Part shown: in pieces, positions 11,604 through 25,663 of the stretch
Position numbering within the stretch: position 1 is the stretch's first letter
How the letters are laid out: every line of letters starts with the position of its first letter
Assembly: GCF_002571385.2 (NCBI RefSeq)
Contig: NW_019218356.1
Location: forward strand, 47,441 to 111,440
Source: Stylophora pistillata
Lineage: Eukaryota
Direction of reading: 5' to 3'
Length of the DNA: 64,000 nt
Notes under the pieces: model-generated
What the model saw: only the letters and a program-made list of their open reading frames with translations
Told to the model about the DNA's origin: nothing
Databases searched by the model: none
Translations under genes and position numbers: made by a program

Positions 11604-14600
11604 GTTTCTTTCTTTTTTTTTTTTGTAATATGCTGCTTGATCTTGAACGTTCTAGAGTAGATTGCAGATACATGCACGCTGTTTAAAATTTGAAGGCATC
11701 AACCAAACGAACACTAATGATAACAAACTCTGACTGACAGACTGGAATACCAGCTCCAAAGCTCCTGTTCACGTTTGATTTGGATTTAAAAATATTTAGT
11801 AGTTGTACTTGTCTGAGAAAATAATGTCCGTTGAAAAAAGAAATATATTTTTGCTAGTTACGAAAAGCTATCCGGCAACGATAAATTTGAATTCCTTAGG
11901 TTTTGTCTTTCCATCGTTCCGCGTATGACAAAATTCGCAGGGCTGGACACGTTTAGTCAAGTTCGAGACAACGTGCGACCATTCAATAGCTTGTGACAAA
12001 TTAAGAAATGTCTCTATTTTATCCTGGTGTTATCTTCCCATTATATAATTTAGTAACATAGCCTTAGAAACTTCTGCAAGTCGGAAATTTTAAAGTATGA
12101 ATATTCTGACAACTAAAGAGCTTCTAATTAGGAGACTGAGAATGCTTCATTGGTTCTCACCTTGCTCGTAGTTTTTCTTAGTTTGTGTCCCACGAAATAT
12201 TCATTTATACTTCATACTTATCTTTGAGACTATAGTTTGCAATAATGCCAACCAGCCCGCTTCACAAGTCCAAATCGTCCTTCATCAAGTGATACCTATG
12301 TAAAACGAAAAAATTATACTTAACTGAACGTTTAAAGTCAGCTTTTAAGGCAAGTCCTTCTATTGTTTGCGCCAATCTGCCCACCTGTCATTGTGAATAT
12401 TCATGTTGTGCATTAGCATAGGGGCTAAAAAAGAATTTTATTTATTTTAAAAAGGGGGGTAACTATATTAATTAACGAATCAAAAGAAGCAAAAGCGGGG
12501 AAACATTTGGTTTTGTCCACCGAATCTTTCGCCTCCTCGAAGTTTGGTTCCCATAAAGGTACGTCACGGCAGATATACCTGATTGGACGGAGTGAAATGC
12601 TAAGAAATATGAATATTAAATATCAATGAAAAATCATTGCATTTATTAAAAGAAAAGATTGAAATCTTGCAAGAATTTTCGTTAAGTGTGTTTTTAGACT
12701 TATTCAATTGTTAAGAAAAAAAAAAAGAATGGAAATGTAATATTACTTTGGGCCATTCGTTGCAAAAATTGTAGTAAGCAGGTTGATTATTTCTTATTCC
12801 TTTTTGGCGGTCTCATCTCAGTACAGTTTATTTTACCTTTTTCTTATTATTGTTGTGAATTTGGCATGGAAGTAGAAGTTCAGTTTCTACGGTGATTAGA
12901 ACTTGTTGTAGTATATTTCGGGCAAGCTATGTTTTTAATTATGTCAATCTGCTAGTTAAGGGAGAGAGTAAATCTCTGTGTTAAAAGTTAGCCTTGTACA
13001 GGAATTCCTGGAAATTCCTGCTTCATATGCTTTTGATTATTCTCAGACTGGTTTTTTTTTTCCCACAAATTCTGTGTCAAATTAAGGATAAAGGAATACT
13101 TCTTAAATTTCAATTTAACATCTTTAACACCTCTTTCTTTAAGGTGACCCTAAGTGTAAACAACTTTTGCCTTTTCATTTTTCGCACTTAATTTTGAATT
13201 AGATAGCCTGGGTGGGACTACGTAGGCATCTCTGGAGGCGATACTCGTGAATGCCCCTTCTATGAATTTTCAGATTATTTTGTTGTTATGTAACAATCTT
13301 CTCAGGCTATTTTCTCTTGAGATATCTTTTCAAGTATAATTCTAATTCTGTCAATAGGTTAATTATAATTTTTATATCATCAATCTTGTTTCTGTTCTGG
13401 ACGATCTCAACCATGAAAGTATGAAATTTAAGGCAATAAATTGATATTTTAATTGCGTAAACAACCCGAAGGCGCATACTTAGTATGCAGGAACTGTCCT
13501 AGGTAACTTAACCTGATTCGCTGGTTGATCATGAGATAGAACGATGACGATGCACGAAGATTGGTAGCTTAGTGGTATCACCTTTAGTGTCGCCTTTATA
13601 AGCTAGTGCACAGCATTTCCAATTAGATCAAAAAGAAATTGTAGTGTAAAGAGTAGGGTAAAAAACTGAGCAAGTCCCAAGAAAAAGAAAAAGTGTATTA
13701 CGAGTCGAAACCGAGAAATAAGAAAAATACTACTTAGGTGTTGGAAAAAAAAAACCACTTCCAACACATTTAAAATATATGGAATACTGGTTAATACATA
13801 TTTAAGTTCTTTAGAGATGTTTGAGACTTTCAGAGACACGAATGTGTGATATTTGTGGAATTAAACGAAAATCAATCGATTCACTGTTGTTGGGCCAGCT
13901 GTGGCAACCCGATTAAGACTTTTAGACTTTCTTCCTGAGGTAACTGGAGCAAAGGGCTTGCGTATTTTTCATAAGTCAAAAAAATCATTGTTGATCACGA
14001 AAGCTATGATAAGTAAATACATAAGAGGCGAATTAGATGTGGGAACAATTCTGGCCCACTTAGCTTTAAACAATTTTTTTTTTACAATTTTTTTGTCAGC
14101 TGGAAAGCACAATTGGAATCAGATAACAGAAAAGTTATTGCAGAAGCGCGGTTATGATCACTGATTTGTTTGTTGGATTTCTTTATTTACAAACTGAATG
14201 ACGTATCTGATATCTTTGAAACCTAAATGAAAGAAGTTAGCATGTTATCATTACATAGTCCATGTCAAGGTTCGTTAAAGTGAAACACACACTTACAGTA
14301 TACACCTGTATACCACGTCGAAGCAGATACGTTTATCGAGTATAAAATAGTAGCTCCTGTAAAGGTAAGTCAAAAAGACCCTGGGGAATGTACAAAATTT
14401 TGGAATAATGATCCATCGAAAAGATAGGTGACAATTCTTTTACCCAGTGATTAAAAGGAAAGAGTAAGGCAAACTGTCTAATAGATGTTGTGGTCCTTAC
14501 CCTCAGTTGAGCTCTAGTGCTGATTCAAATTCACTATGCTCGCGTTGAGTGGATTATATTCACCTAACTTTCAATTTTTAACGATTACTGTTCAGTACGA

Positions 14601-15199
14601 TCGATGTTAAATCCATCGGTAAATGCAACGTAGCCCAATCTGCATTTCATGGCGCTATGATCTTACCAAAGCATTTTATACCACGATATATTGTGCCCGT
14701 ATGAGACTGGTTAATTGCGTTTGCACATTGTACCTTCAAAGATACCTTCAGATATCCAAATACAGTGAAAAACAACTTTCGCGTGGTAAGGAAACTGTTG
14801 CTGTCTAGCATATTCCACTGAAAATAAATCAAAATTGTCAACGTTGTAATATTCAGACGTCAAATGTATTGACTCAAGTTTTGTCAGCTTTGTTTGTTCG
14901 TTAATAAGTAGAGACAACTCTGTGTTTCACTGACAGCCCAAATTCTCAACTGGCGTGAAAAATTGATTCTTTGAGACACCAGGTAATTTCTCCCCTCCCC
15001 ATCAACTCATGAAAAATGGTAGAAACAGCGTTTAACTTCGGCCTGAGCGAAGAACTTTCAATAGCATTCAATTTTAAGGAAAATTTTGGCTTCAAGTCCC
15101 AGCGACCTCAAACACAGGAAGAATTTTTGCCTTTGTTTGAGTAGTAAACATTTCAGTATTTCAGTATTAAAACTTTTGACGATAAAAACTTGCGACAAA

Positions 15200-15510
15200 A
15201 CGTTGCTTGATAACATTGTAAAATTTAAAAACGATAAAAAGCTATAGAAAGCTAAAATCGACGACGTTTTGACGTTAACATAACGTCATTATAAAGACAA
15301 GAACGTATAAAAATAAGTTCTATAAATACTAAAAACGAACAATAAGAGAAAATAATTTGCGGGTTAGACAAAAATTTTAGCACGTATGGAGTCTGTTTGC
15401 ACGTTCAGATTAGGTTTGAATTTCTTAATATAAAGCATTTCAAACACTAAACAATCAAATTTGCTTTGACACTTTCTCGGAATCTTAAAATGACTATTAA
15501 AATTCACTAT
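15200..15510 (-). mobile_element. 3' remnant of a Penelope-like retroelement (GIY-YIG endonuclease C-terminus plus 3' UTR)
   Basis: ORF tail FKIPRKCQSKFDCLVFEMLYIKKFKPNLNVQ matches the F.IL......E...I....P.LN pattern of PLE GIY-YIG domains; a decayed hammerhead-like motif follows at ~15255-15298. Confidence 0.75.
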
Positions 15511-17369
15511 GAAAATGACTATTAAAACTTGTCGCTCTTGACTTTCCATTGCAGTTCCAGAATGCTTTCACGGTTAAAATTTTACGTTCACTTAATGCGG
15601 TTAACGATCATCGACGGATTATGAAACGTGGAGTAAGTGACATTATGGAAATATTACAAAAAAAAGTAAGTGTAAAAACCAGCCAAAGTCAAACGAATTT
15701 ATTTTTTTGTTTGCCCTCATCTCATCACGAGTCGGTTGCAAAAAAATTGAACGTCTAATTTTGAAAATAAAAAAAAGAAATGAATAAAAGGGAAGAATGG
15801 AAAACAATATTTCGACTTAAAAAAATACAGCTCTGTAATTCGACTAGTGCCTTGCATGCTTGTACACTTGATGAGGTAACCCTTTAACAGACAGATTTCG
15901 AATGTTGACGGAAGTTGATCAAGCGCTTCCAACCGAAGGAGTTAACTATAATCTCTTGGCCGATGAAAAAAACCAGAAACATGGAGACGCACCCACGCCA
16001 GAACAATTTCTTTACCTGTGAAACCAGATATTTCGTTTTGTTTGTACAGTGACAGTTGATTGATTAAATTAATGATTCTCATATTACCTATATAAAAGGG
16101 AGGCGATTACACATTAGAGACAATAAACGAGTTGGAATTACGCCTACGTTTTGGTTTATTATACCAGAAGCGCAAAAGCCATTAGTTAGCATCTGACTTG
16201 CTAATTTCGAGTTTTCACACCATAAACAAATGACACTCTTCACCTTCACATGGCGTTGGAACGGTAGATATTAAAAACACCTTAACTTACGTTTCTTTAC
16301 CAGATGAAACGAATTCATACAAACTGATGGGTTAAAAAAAGTAAATAAATAGATTTTTAGTGACATCCACATGTCGTCCTTCTTGTATCGCTGACGCTCA
16401 TTTTGTCGATTCAAGTTGTTCTGTAGGCAGTCTCTTATCTTGGAATATCATCACCCCGAACTCACTCACTTCTTAAGACCTTAAAAACGAGAATAATTGC
16501 AGTTTCGATATTTTTACCTATTGGAAACTATAAAAGATTATGCTTCTCTAAATTCTATACAGCGACGCTATCGTCTCTGAGTCTATCACAAACTTACTCA
16601 GCGGAAACCGGACATATTATTTCGACGCCAAATTCTTGATCAGGCGGTGATACACTTACCTTTCCAAACTAGAAACGTTTATTACTGATCAGTTTGGCGT
16701 AGAACAACGAGGTCGTGTCGAACTTACATGAATGCGCTCAATAAACAGGTAGACACATTCTCAGTTGCGAAATTATATATCAAGCTCATTGGTTTGCGCA
16801 GCTTTAGAGATATCAATAATTAAGAGTGCTTTGCGTCAGAAAAGGTAGATGTGTTTTTACTTAGCTCTATCTGACGGCGTATTAAAAATTCCCACCCTAC
16901 ATAAACAGAGCACTCATTATTCCTCCATTGTACTGAACTTTGAATAACAAGTAGTGTGCCCACCTGCTACAAAAAAATTACCAAATTGCAGACAAGTACT
17001 TTCTCAGTTCATACAGTCGCTGCAGTTAAAATTAGTCATTTCGCACGAAGTTTCTCCTTCCTAGTTGTTGGGAATGAGGTAAAACAGATCGGATTTACTC
17101 TATGTCAAGATTTATTCGCTGCCAAAGTTCTACGAGCTACAGTTTACAAAAAACGGTTTTGCAATGGTGCAGCTGATCCTACTGCAGCTTTATGAGGTAC
17201 AAAATAGGCATGATTATTGGCAAAGATCCTTCCTACGGCCCTCTCGCGGTCCAAAATTTCCTGATCCCTGTTATCATATCTTTCTTTGTGCTAGGCTTCA
17301 TACCTAAATGAAATTCTAACCATACACCAAGAAAGGAGCTTCGTACAAATTGTCGTGACGATCTGAAGT

Positions 17370-18215
17370 AACAATACTTTATTTCAGAACAACATGCAAA
17401 TACATAATTATTAAGAAAAGGAAACCCAGAGGTTGGCCCTATATCAAGGGTCTCCTATTTATGTAAAAAATCTTACAGAACTAGTTAATAAAAATATAAA
17501 AAAGTCAAATAAGAAACAGCTAAATATCAATTATAAAATGACGATTCAATAAATATTCATATGTTTCTTCAATTTTGATTTAAACTCACGAACGTTAGGG
17601 CTGTCACAAAAATTAAATAAATTAATAGGAAGATTATTCCAGGGTTTGATAATTCTGACAAAGAAAGAATTTTTGTAACAGTTCAGTTTTGCGAGTTTGA
17701 GTTGTAGTTTATATGGGTGGTTAGATCTCGATTTAGTGTTTTTACAAAGTTCAAAATAGTCGCTGAAATTCAATCCATTTAGATTGAATACAGTTTTATA
17801 ACATTCCACTAAGGAAAGGAAATCTCTCCTTTGTACTAAAGAGTTCCATTTAAGAATTTTACACCTCTCCGTATACGCCATCTCTTGTCTTCTTTGGCCT
17901 AAGGCAATTCGCGAGGCTCTTCTTTGTATCTTCTCAATTTCATCGATGTCTTTGATGAGGTGTGGTGACCACACCGGGCAGGCGTATTCCAAGATTGGAC
18001 GAACCAAGGTTTTGTACAAGTTTGAAAAAATATCTTTGTTTTTACCGCCTACTGTGCGTTTAAGTAAGCCAAGAACCTTATTTGCTTTGTGAACTATTTG
18101 TTCAACATGTTTTGACCATTTCAGATCACTAGTCATAATAACTCCAAGATCTTTGTAATTAGATACATTCCTCAACACTGTACTCGATATATTGTACCGT
18201 GTGGACTTTTTGTCT
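17370..18215 (-). mobile_element. 3' fragment of a LINE (CR1/L2 group): RT C-terminal region and 3' UTR
   Basis: YKDLGV, YKTLVRPILEYACPVWSP, IEKIQRRASR, RSNHPYKL and SFFVRIIKPWNNLP in ORF 17546-18286; minus-strand AATAAA near 17380; 5' end abuts an N. Confidence 0.9.
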
Positions 18216-20478
18216 NGCAAATTGCCCAAAGAGGCCAAGAATATCGCCAAGAAAGCTGTAGTCACGAGAGCACAACCTTCCGCCATAATGTATTCACATG
18301 GACTTACTTGCTAGTTCGGCTCTTCAGTACTGATAAAAATTAAAAGTATCATTTCCTTTAATTCTAGTGCGCTTGCATGCTTGTATTGCGTGTTCCAACC
18401 ACATCCTTATCGAATAGCAGCTTTGGTCTTTTGTTTCCTGTCACGAATCTCTAGTGGTGATTAAAGATTATAATCGGATTATATTCGGTCATATTGATGT
18501 CGAACAAGGTAAAGCAGTCAGCGCTAAGGAAATAAGTGTCGTGCACAAGTCATAGATGACGAACAGTGATGAATGTTTGACAGTTTAGGCTTGCGGTCGG
18601 ATGTACGTATCTAGGGCGTTTATAAATATATAGGGCAATAAAACTAGGAAACCTTGTTACATTAGAGAAGAATGATTAGAACAGTTGTGATGTGCGAAAG
18701 TATGACTGCAATAAAGTGAAGAAAGCGACACACACAGTCGTAAGTGTTTGTTGAACCAGCGAGCATGGAGGTATTCCTAACGCAGTGGAAAATTCCCCAA
18801 AACCTGACCTTTCGCCTTTCTGTCCCCTTTAATGTATCTTGCATGGCAGAGGTCGCGCCAACCACGCAAGTTACTTTTATGGTGAGGACCCTTAAGTTTG
18901 TGATAATGCTTTCAAGACATAAGGTAGTACCCAGAATACATAAAGCAGAATTCATCGTGAATTTAAGTAGGAAGGAAACCAGAAGGCTTTTGACAGCGCC
19001 GAAAAATGGCACTGAGATTTTTTTTAGATGTTGTGATAAATTTTACTGTAGTATAGTTTACTTAGTTCTTCTTCCTTAGATGATATAACGGTGAATTCCT
19101 GCGCGATTCCGTTTATGTGAAGACTAGAGTGTTTAGACGACGCATGCACTCTGTAGAGATATCGATCTTGTTGAATAGCTCCTTAAGAAACGGAAGGCTA
19201 ACCTAATTACACCTTAGAAATCAAATTTATCTTTCAATTTTCTCTCTTTAATCTTAGGTTTCTTATTCTGCTCTTGCTGGATCTTGCTTCCCAGTATTTC
19301 GAATGAGCCAGATGTTGAAATAATCCCATTGATTTTTAAAGACTTTGAATGTCATATTCGATATAGAAAAAACTGTGAGGTCACTATAGTTAATACCTGT
19401 AACTATTGTAAATATTGATTGGAACTTTTCTAAAATTTCAGTTATTTTCAATAGTAAACAGATTGTTAAGTGTTATAATTTGAACGCATTTATTTTACAG
19501 AAAAAAATCGCAATAGATGACCGCATTGGAAAATGTACAACAAAACACCAAAACAAAACAATTTCTCGCAAATTCAGGAAACTTCTCTTCTCCTATTGCT
19601 AAGTCCTTTTGATTCATAAATTGAAAGCATTTGTCTTTCTTTGAACACAGCCAACATTTTTCAGTGCATGTCAATATACAAATAATAGCAATATGTTATT
19701 AAAACTGGTAGGTTTGATGTGTGATTTAGTTAGGCGAGGTCCAATTACTTTTCTTTAACTTACAATACACCAGAAAAAACTTTTCCGAATGACATCCTTT
19801 TCCAGCTACTTAGTCTGTTTAGAAAGAGCAAAACGGTCCTAACAGTGGGAGTTCTTTTCAATTACTGCAACTCAAAAAGTCTCCAATAATGCCCCCATCT
19901 ATTTTTTCCTCCAACCTTTAGTAAACCAAAACTACAAAATATGTCTTTTGTTCCAGCATTGAGCATAATTAGCATGCTTAGAGACCAAAATGATATAAAA
20001 AGCATTTACCAATTAAACTGAAATCGTCCCGCTGCGGGTATTGAACGATGAACAGGTAAAAATCGGTTTTCTCCAAGCACGCAGCCAAGGTCATGTAAGA
20101 CGACTTATTAAAATCGAGTTGGAGATAAACTTTTGCATGTATTGGGTCTGATTCTTATCACTTGTGTCATTCTTGATCATTCTAATCTATAGCATGTAAC
20201 GTGTTAATTGTATCAAACTAGGCCAATCTTCTTGATTGTTCTAGTAAATTTATGAAACCCTAAATTAGTGAATGATGAAACTGCGGCAAAAAAAAAAACT
20301 AATTAACCGTAGCTTGAGGTACTATAAACAAATAAAAGTATTCTGATGAGAGTTGAAAAGTTTACATGGAATGTTTTCAATTGCATTTTACATGCCATCT
20401 GCTTCTACCTTCAAAGAGAGGTTTGTCAAAAACACTTCAATATTCCGTTTTATCTCCTCGACCAGGATACTCCAGGGA

Positions 20479-23077
20479 ATGACCATGTCCCACTTGCATG
20501 AAACCAATTTTCAAGTGCAAGTGTTTTCCGAAGATGGTGCAGAAGTAATTTCGAACGTCGCTTGGGAAAACGGAACCGGGTTTAAAAAATCCAGTGAAGA
20601 AGACCACGAGAACAACAATCAAGAGCAACGCCGCAGAGAGTTGTCTCCCATCTTTCTCCCAGTTTTAAGGTTCATGAAAATAGGCGGGCAGTGCTATGGA
20701 GACCTTTCGCTCAATGAATCAGTGCTTCATAGATGCATCTTTTCTCGTGTTTACTGTGCAGCGGTGGTGCTGGGGCAATGGTTTGTAGCTATGCAGGCTG
20801 TCACGAGTCTTTTCTGTGAAGGGTTTGCACATCTGACCACATTTTACTTCTTGTTGATCTTGAGCATTTGGTATGTGCAATCCGCAGTGGTAACAACAAC
20901 ATGTCTATTCATTTTTCCCAAAAAGCCGAGAAGACCATCTCGCTTTAGGAAATTTGTCAATAACTTGCTAGCGCAATCATCAAGCTTAAGAATATCAAAG
21001 AGGTCTAGATTAGGTTTCCTATTGGTTTTTGCATGTGTCTTTTGTGCCTGTAATGCTGTATGCCTTGGTTTTGTTGACCTATATGCACGTAGTTCGGTGA
21101 CCCGTTCTTGTCCCTGGAACGGAGTATTTGTATATCGTATAATCCACTATATTTATTGGGCCTTCAACGCCTTTTCGTGGGTTTTCCCATTCTTGTTGTT
21201 TTATGTCGCATGTGAGATTTTGGTCAACCTGTTTGCCACTTTAGAAAAGAAAATTTCCGCAGAATGCCAAAATGAATTAAGTATTGCGACTTTGAGAAAG
21301 GAACATTTACGACTTTGTGAAACAGTCTCTCTGGCAGACAGAGTCTTCTCCCCAATCCTTTTGACGACAGTTGCCATGGATATTCCTTTGCTATGCATTA
21401 ATTTTCATCAGGGGGTTAAATCGCACTCTTTAACTAAAGATGACATCACATTTGTGATAAGTGTTCTGTATTGGTGGATTGGCACAGCGACAAAGTTGAC
21501 TTTAATTATGGTTTGTGGCGTTAGAGTTAACCAGAAGGTAAGATTTAATACTGTTTATTTCAGTTCCACTGTTTCTGATTGTTCTTTGTCTCTCTTAAAT
21601 ATTCTCATAATTTACCTGTTTTTGTTTGAAGTTTCTTAAGATCAGAGTGCCTGTTGTTCTAGAATTGTTCATAGCAGTTCTCTCTGTATCGTCCTCTGTC
21701 TCCTGTTCATTGCCTTCTACTGTAACAAAAAGGAATACGATTTGAAATAATTAATATCTTCACCTTAAACCTAATAACATTTTCTGCATTAATCTTTTCC
21801 TTGTATAGCTATTAAAGGTCTAGGCAAAGGATGAAGGCATATTCACTATTTACCCCTCCTATGGGTATCGAAGAGTCTAGAGAAGAGGCGGTGACGATAC
21901 AGTGTTAGATCATTAGTAGTATTTATTATTGTGCATGTGCATATGTTTGGGGCTTACATATATATGCAATCGCAGGTCCTAGTTTAACAGTTTTTCATCT
22001 TGCAATCGGTCAGCAAGTTAAAGAACTAAATGTAGTATTTTTAACATATTCTCGTCGTTAGAGACTCTTTTATTTAAAGACTGTGTTGTTATGTCAATAT
22101 AGATTCATGGCTTTTACAACACTTTGCAATTTTCCAACGTCTCGGAACCCAACGAACATTTCGAGGTACGTTCTTATGTGAATCTATCTCTACAGTCCGT
22201 GAAGGGAGCACCCTTGTGTTAAGGATATCACAAAAGCAACCGAGGTAATAGCTGAAAATCAATCTTTCATTTAAAAAGGAACAGGTCATGATAAAACAAG
22301 CTGGTAAAACGAAATAACTTTACTGGTGAGACAGGATTGATGCGACAAAATCAGAAAGTAAAATTCCCTATTCTGAAGAAAATGCCACGTGCGTGGGCCT
22401 TCTATTCAGAGTTCTTAAACAAAAAATGGGGGGGGGGGGCAAGAGAGAGGGGATGGGGAGCTTAAAGAGCACTTTCGAACGTAAGAGTATACCTTCTAAA
22501 TGTACTGAATTCTAGATGTGCTTTCTCGTATTTCCATCTTAAATAAATATCAGCTGCTGCATTTTCTGATGCACCTTCGTGGGGACTCAATTGGAATGTC
22601 CATAGGGGGTTTGGCAGTGATATCAAAGTCTCTCGCACTATCGGTAAGTGAACTAACGACAACCTATATATACCACGCAAGATAGATTTAAGGATTCTAA
22701 ATTCTAAACTCTAGATTAAAGCTTCTAAGAGTTGTGAACTCAGTATTTTACCTTTAAATACTAATAAGCTACGATAACAAGAAAAGGATTCCCATTCGGG
22801 CAAACACTGTAAATCAGATATTTACATCTCCATCGTATGTTCTTAGTCAAGTGACGTAAGAACCCCAGACATAAGATTTACATCAAGAAATTAAGATTTA
22901 CATTAATATCATAATGCTTCCGAACTTCGGAAGGATTCGTTAGTAGAAATGCTCATGTCGATTAACTGATTCTCGATACTTAATAGTTTTCCTTTCTTCT
23001 TTTTCTTTTTCATTTTTCTACAGCTTGTGGGTGTAATCATCTCATATATTGCCGTGTTAGTTACTCTGCCAAGTTGA
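20479..23077 (+). CDS. Gustatory receptor-like (Grl) 7TM protein, copy A
   Basis: Exons 20479-21537, 22103-22165 (IHGFYNTLQ...), 22554-22643 (LLHFLMHLRGDSIGMSIGGLAVISKSLALS), 23024-23077 (LVGVIISYIAVLVTLPS*). Three phase-0 GT-AG introns near the 3' end; HLRLCETVSLADRVFSP motif. Start ATG uncertain. Confidence 0.85.
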
Positions 23078-24229
23078 AATGATGGGCCAAGGAAAATAAA
23101 TAGCGCAAGAAGTACAGAAGAATTGTAGTTTCTCAGAGTATTGAGGATAATTCTAATAATTATTTTATTAATTATTACGTAATTATGAAACCAAGCTTCA
23201 CTAGTTGTTTTAATTTGTTGTCGCTATCAATAGTTGCAAAATCGAGAATCGCGCAAGGAGCCAGATAACGACGCCTTCTTTTCTTATAGACGAAGGGAGA
23301 AAATCTACGGAATACAAAGTTATGAAGGAAAGTAAGACAAGTACAGAAACGATTCAGAGCGATAATTGAAACGAAAGTGGAAGAAAATGGTTAAAACAGA
23401 GATAAACTCGTGTCATACCAAAAACAAAACTGAAGCAGTATCACATATCGCGATTAAAACTAACCAAAACTAATGAAAACTAACCAAAAAAGTAAAAGTA
23501 TCTATACAGAATAGATTGACAAAACTGGCATGGTGATTTAAGAGCCAGCATAAACTGTAAATAAATGTGATCTAAACCTACATATGCTGCTCTGTTGGGA
23601 AGAACTGAAAGATTGCTCGAAGACGAGGGTAGTCATGAGCCATTTGACCTTTAACTACAGACCTACACTTTGCGTTTCTTTGAAATCAAATCAGATGCGG
23701 CAAAATCAGGCTAATTTGCTCGTTAGAATCGGAATCGAAACTAAATTTCCCTTCACTCAAGAAATCAAAAGGTGTGTTTTTAAAGGTATATGAAAGATAA
23801 ATATCCTTAAAAGATACAGTTTATTTACAATTATGACCAAAGGAAAAGACGCAAAATTAAACAGCATTCAGAAAATGCAGATACAACATTTACAAAAATT
23901 ATCGGTTCTGGCGCCATATGATCGGCCATCCTAATTTTCCTTTTTTCCACGAAAAAGGAAGCGGAAATGACTCTTTCTACTTCTTTTTAGCCCAGAACCT
24001 TCACCATAATTGCTGAATTTGATTTATTAAATAAAAGTGAATTTAGTTGTTTCAAACGGTCATTGTGCCCGAAATGGGACATTTGCTTACTTTTCATGTT
24101 TATTGCTTTGTATAAATCGCTAACCATCATTCGATTTGGTATCCTTTAGTGACTTCGTCTACCTCATTCGCGCTAAGAATCCTTTTTTTATTTTCTATTT
24201 TCCGCATTTGGTTCCGTTTCATGAAAGCA

Positions 24230-24785
24230 AAATGGAGTTCATTTAAGATAGCCATGTAGCCGAGCTAGTTGATGTCATATTATCACATTCTACAAGAGAT
24301 TGCTCTCCGCTTTATACTTTATAGTGATGACTCGAAAGTGTTGGTCACCCAAAGAGTTTTTCATACAATGACTATTGTTATCACTTGCATATTTTTTGCT
24401 GCAGTTACTATTGTTATGGTTTATACTAATCTGTATGTATTTTCCGAAACGCAGCACCAAAAGAAACGAATCAACACCTATTAAATATCGCAAGAAGAGG
24501 TTAAAAAAATCAAGAAAGACAGGAGGGCAGCAAACGCGGATTCCATTGTCTTGGTTGCGATAATACTAAGTTATTTGTCTTCGATGTTGGGTGCGATTGG
24601 TACATTGGTAAGATCGTCATGAAACTCCAAAGGCGATTTCAAAGCAAATAGTGTCATAGTTGTCGTTGTTAGCTGGCGAAGTGGTAGTGTTTTTGGGTTC
24701 TCTTTCCAACCGTATCATTTACAGCTGGCGATTTAAGAAGCTACGTCGGGCGTTTTGCGAGATTTTACGTCTTGAACAGACCTAG
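24230..24785 (+). pseudogene. Decayed class A GPCR pseudogene (TM3 to C-terminus)
   Basis: Fragments RYLAM*, MVYTNLYVFSETQHQKKRI, KKDRRAANADSIVLVAIILSYL and, after a frameshift, LGSLSNRIIYSWRFKKLRRAFCEIL (degenerate NPxxY and helix 8). Several in-frame stops. Confidence 0.7.
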
Positions 24786-25663
24786 GTACTAATAATGCAA
24801 CTTATCTCCCCATTAAATCATCTCACTGAATCGCAAATGTAAACTCCGTTTTTAATCTAATTGTTTGAACGTGTGGAATAAGGAATGTAGCAAGAAACAA
24901 AGTTTGTAACCGTTGAAGTAAATCGCATCTGCTTAGGAAAGCTTGTTTATCCAAATGCACTGTACAATAATGGTGGTTTGAAACATCGTTCATGCAAATA
25001 TAAGCAATGTCAATTATAAGCCGCTTGGAATCGATATAATAGCTGTCTCCAACCCCTAACGTTGTCAAAGTGCCACATATCTTGCGTCGATCATTTTCTA
25101 ATTTAAATGATTCTGCAGTGAACTAGAACAATTAAGAGCCTAGTGGATTTTCCAGCCTCATAGTGAGTATTTTTTTCTTTTTAAAACATCAACTTTATTC
25201 ACCCTTATGCTTGAAAAGATTAAGTTACGTTCAAGATACGTTGGAACCTGTTTTGTTTAGCTAAGAGAGGCAGGCTCCAATATGAAAAAGTCGACTAAAT
25301 TTTAACAGTGAAAGAATAAGCTGAATCTGCTTTTAAATTAAGTGGTAATAACACGATCTCGACCAATAAGTTGCCTTTAAAGATTTCGCTAACTCGAAGA
25401 GTTATTGCTTTTCCAATCTAAAAATTTAAATCGACCTTAAAAGATTATAGAACCTACTCTCAAAAGAAATTGATTAGCGCGATTTTCTTTTAACAAACCC
25501 AAACTTCAAAATATCTAATTTATTTAATGCAGGTGTTAAATGTGTGACTCAACAGTCAACAATAAGGTGTGCCCTCTTCTCCTTGGCCCCTGAGTGTATC
25601 ATTGTGGCATTAAGAATTCTTTTTTATTTTTCCGATGCTTGAAATCTTTTTCCAAGGTTGTAT

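Noticed and set aside
20343-20366. CTGATGA…GAAA motif resembling a hammerhead core
   Set aside because: No convincing stem I, II or III pairing; chance match
20353-21639. Grl ORFs treated as single-exon genes with the ORF-track termini
   Set aside because: Each ORF reads past a conserved GT donor into intron sequence; the true C-termini are in downstream exons
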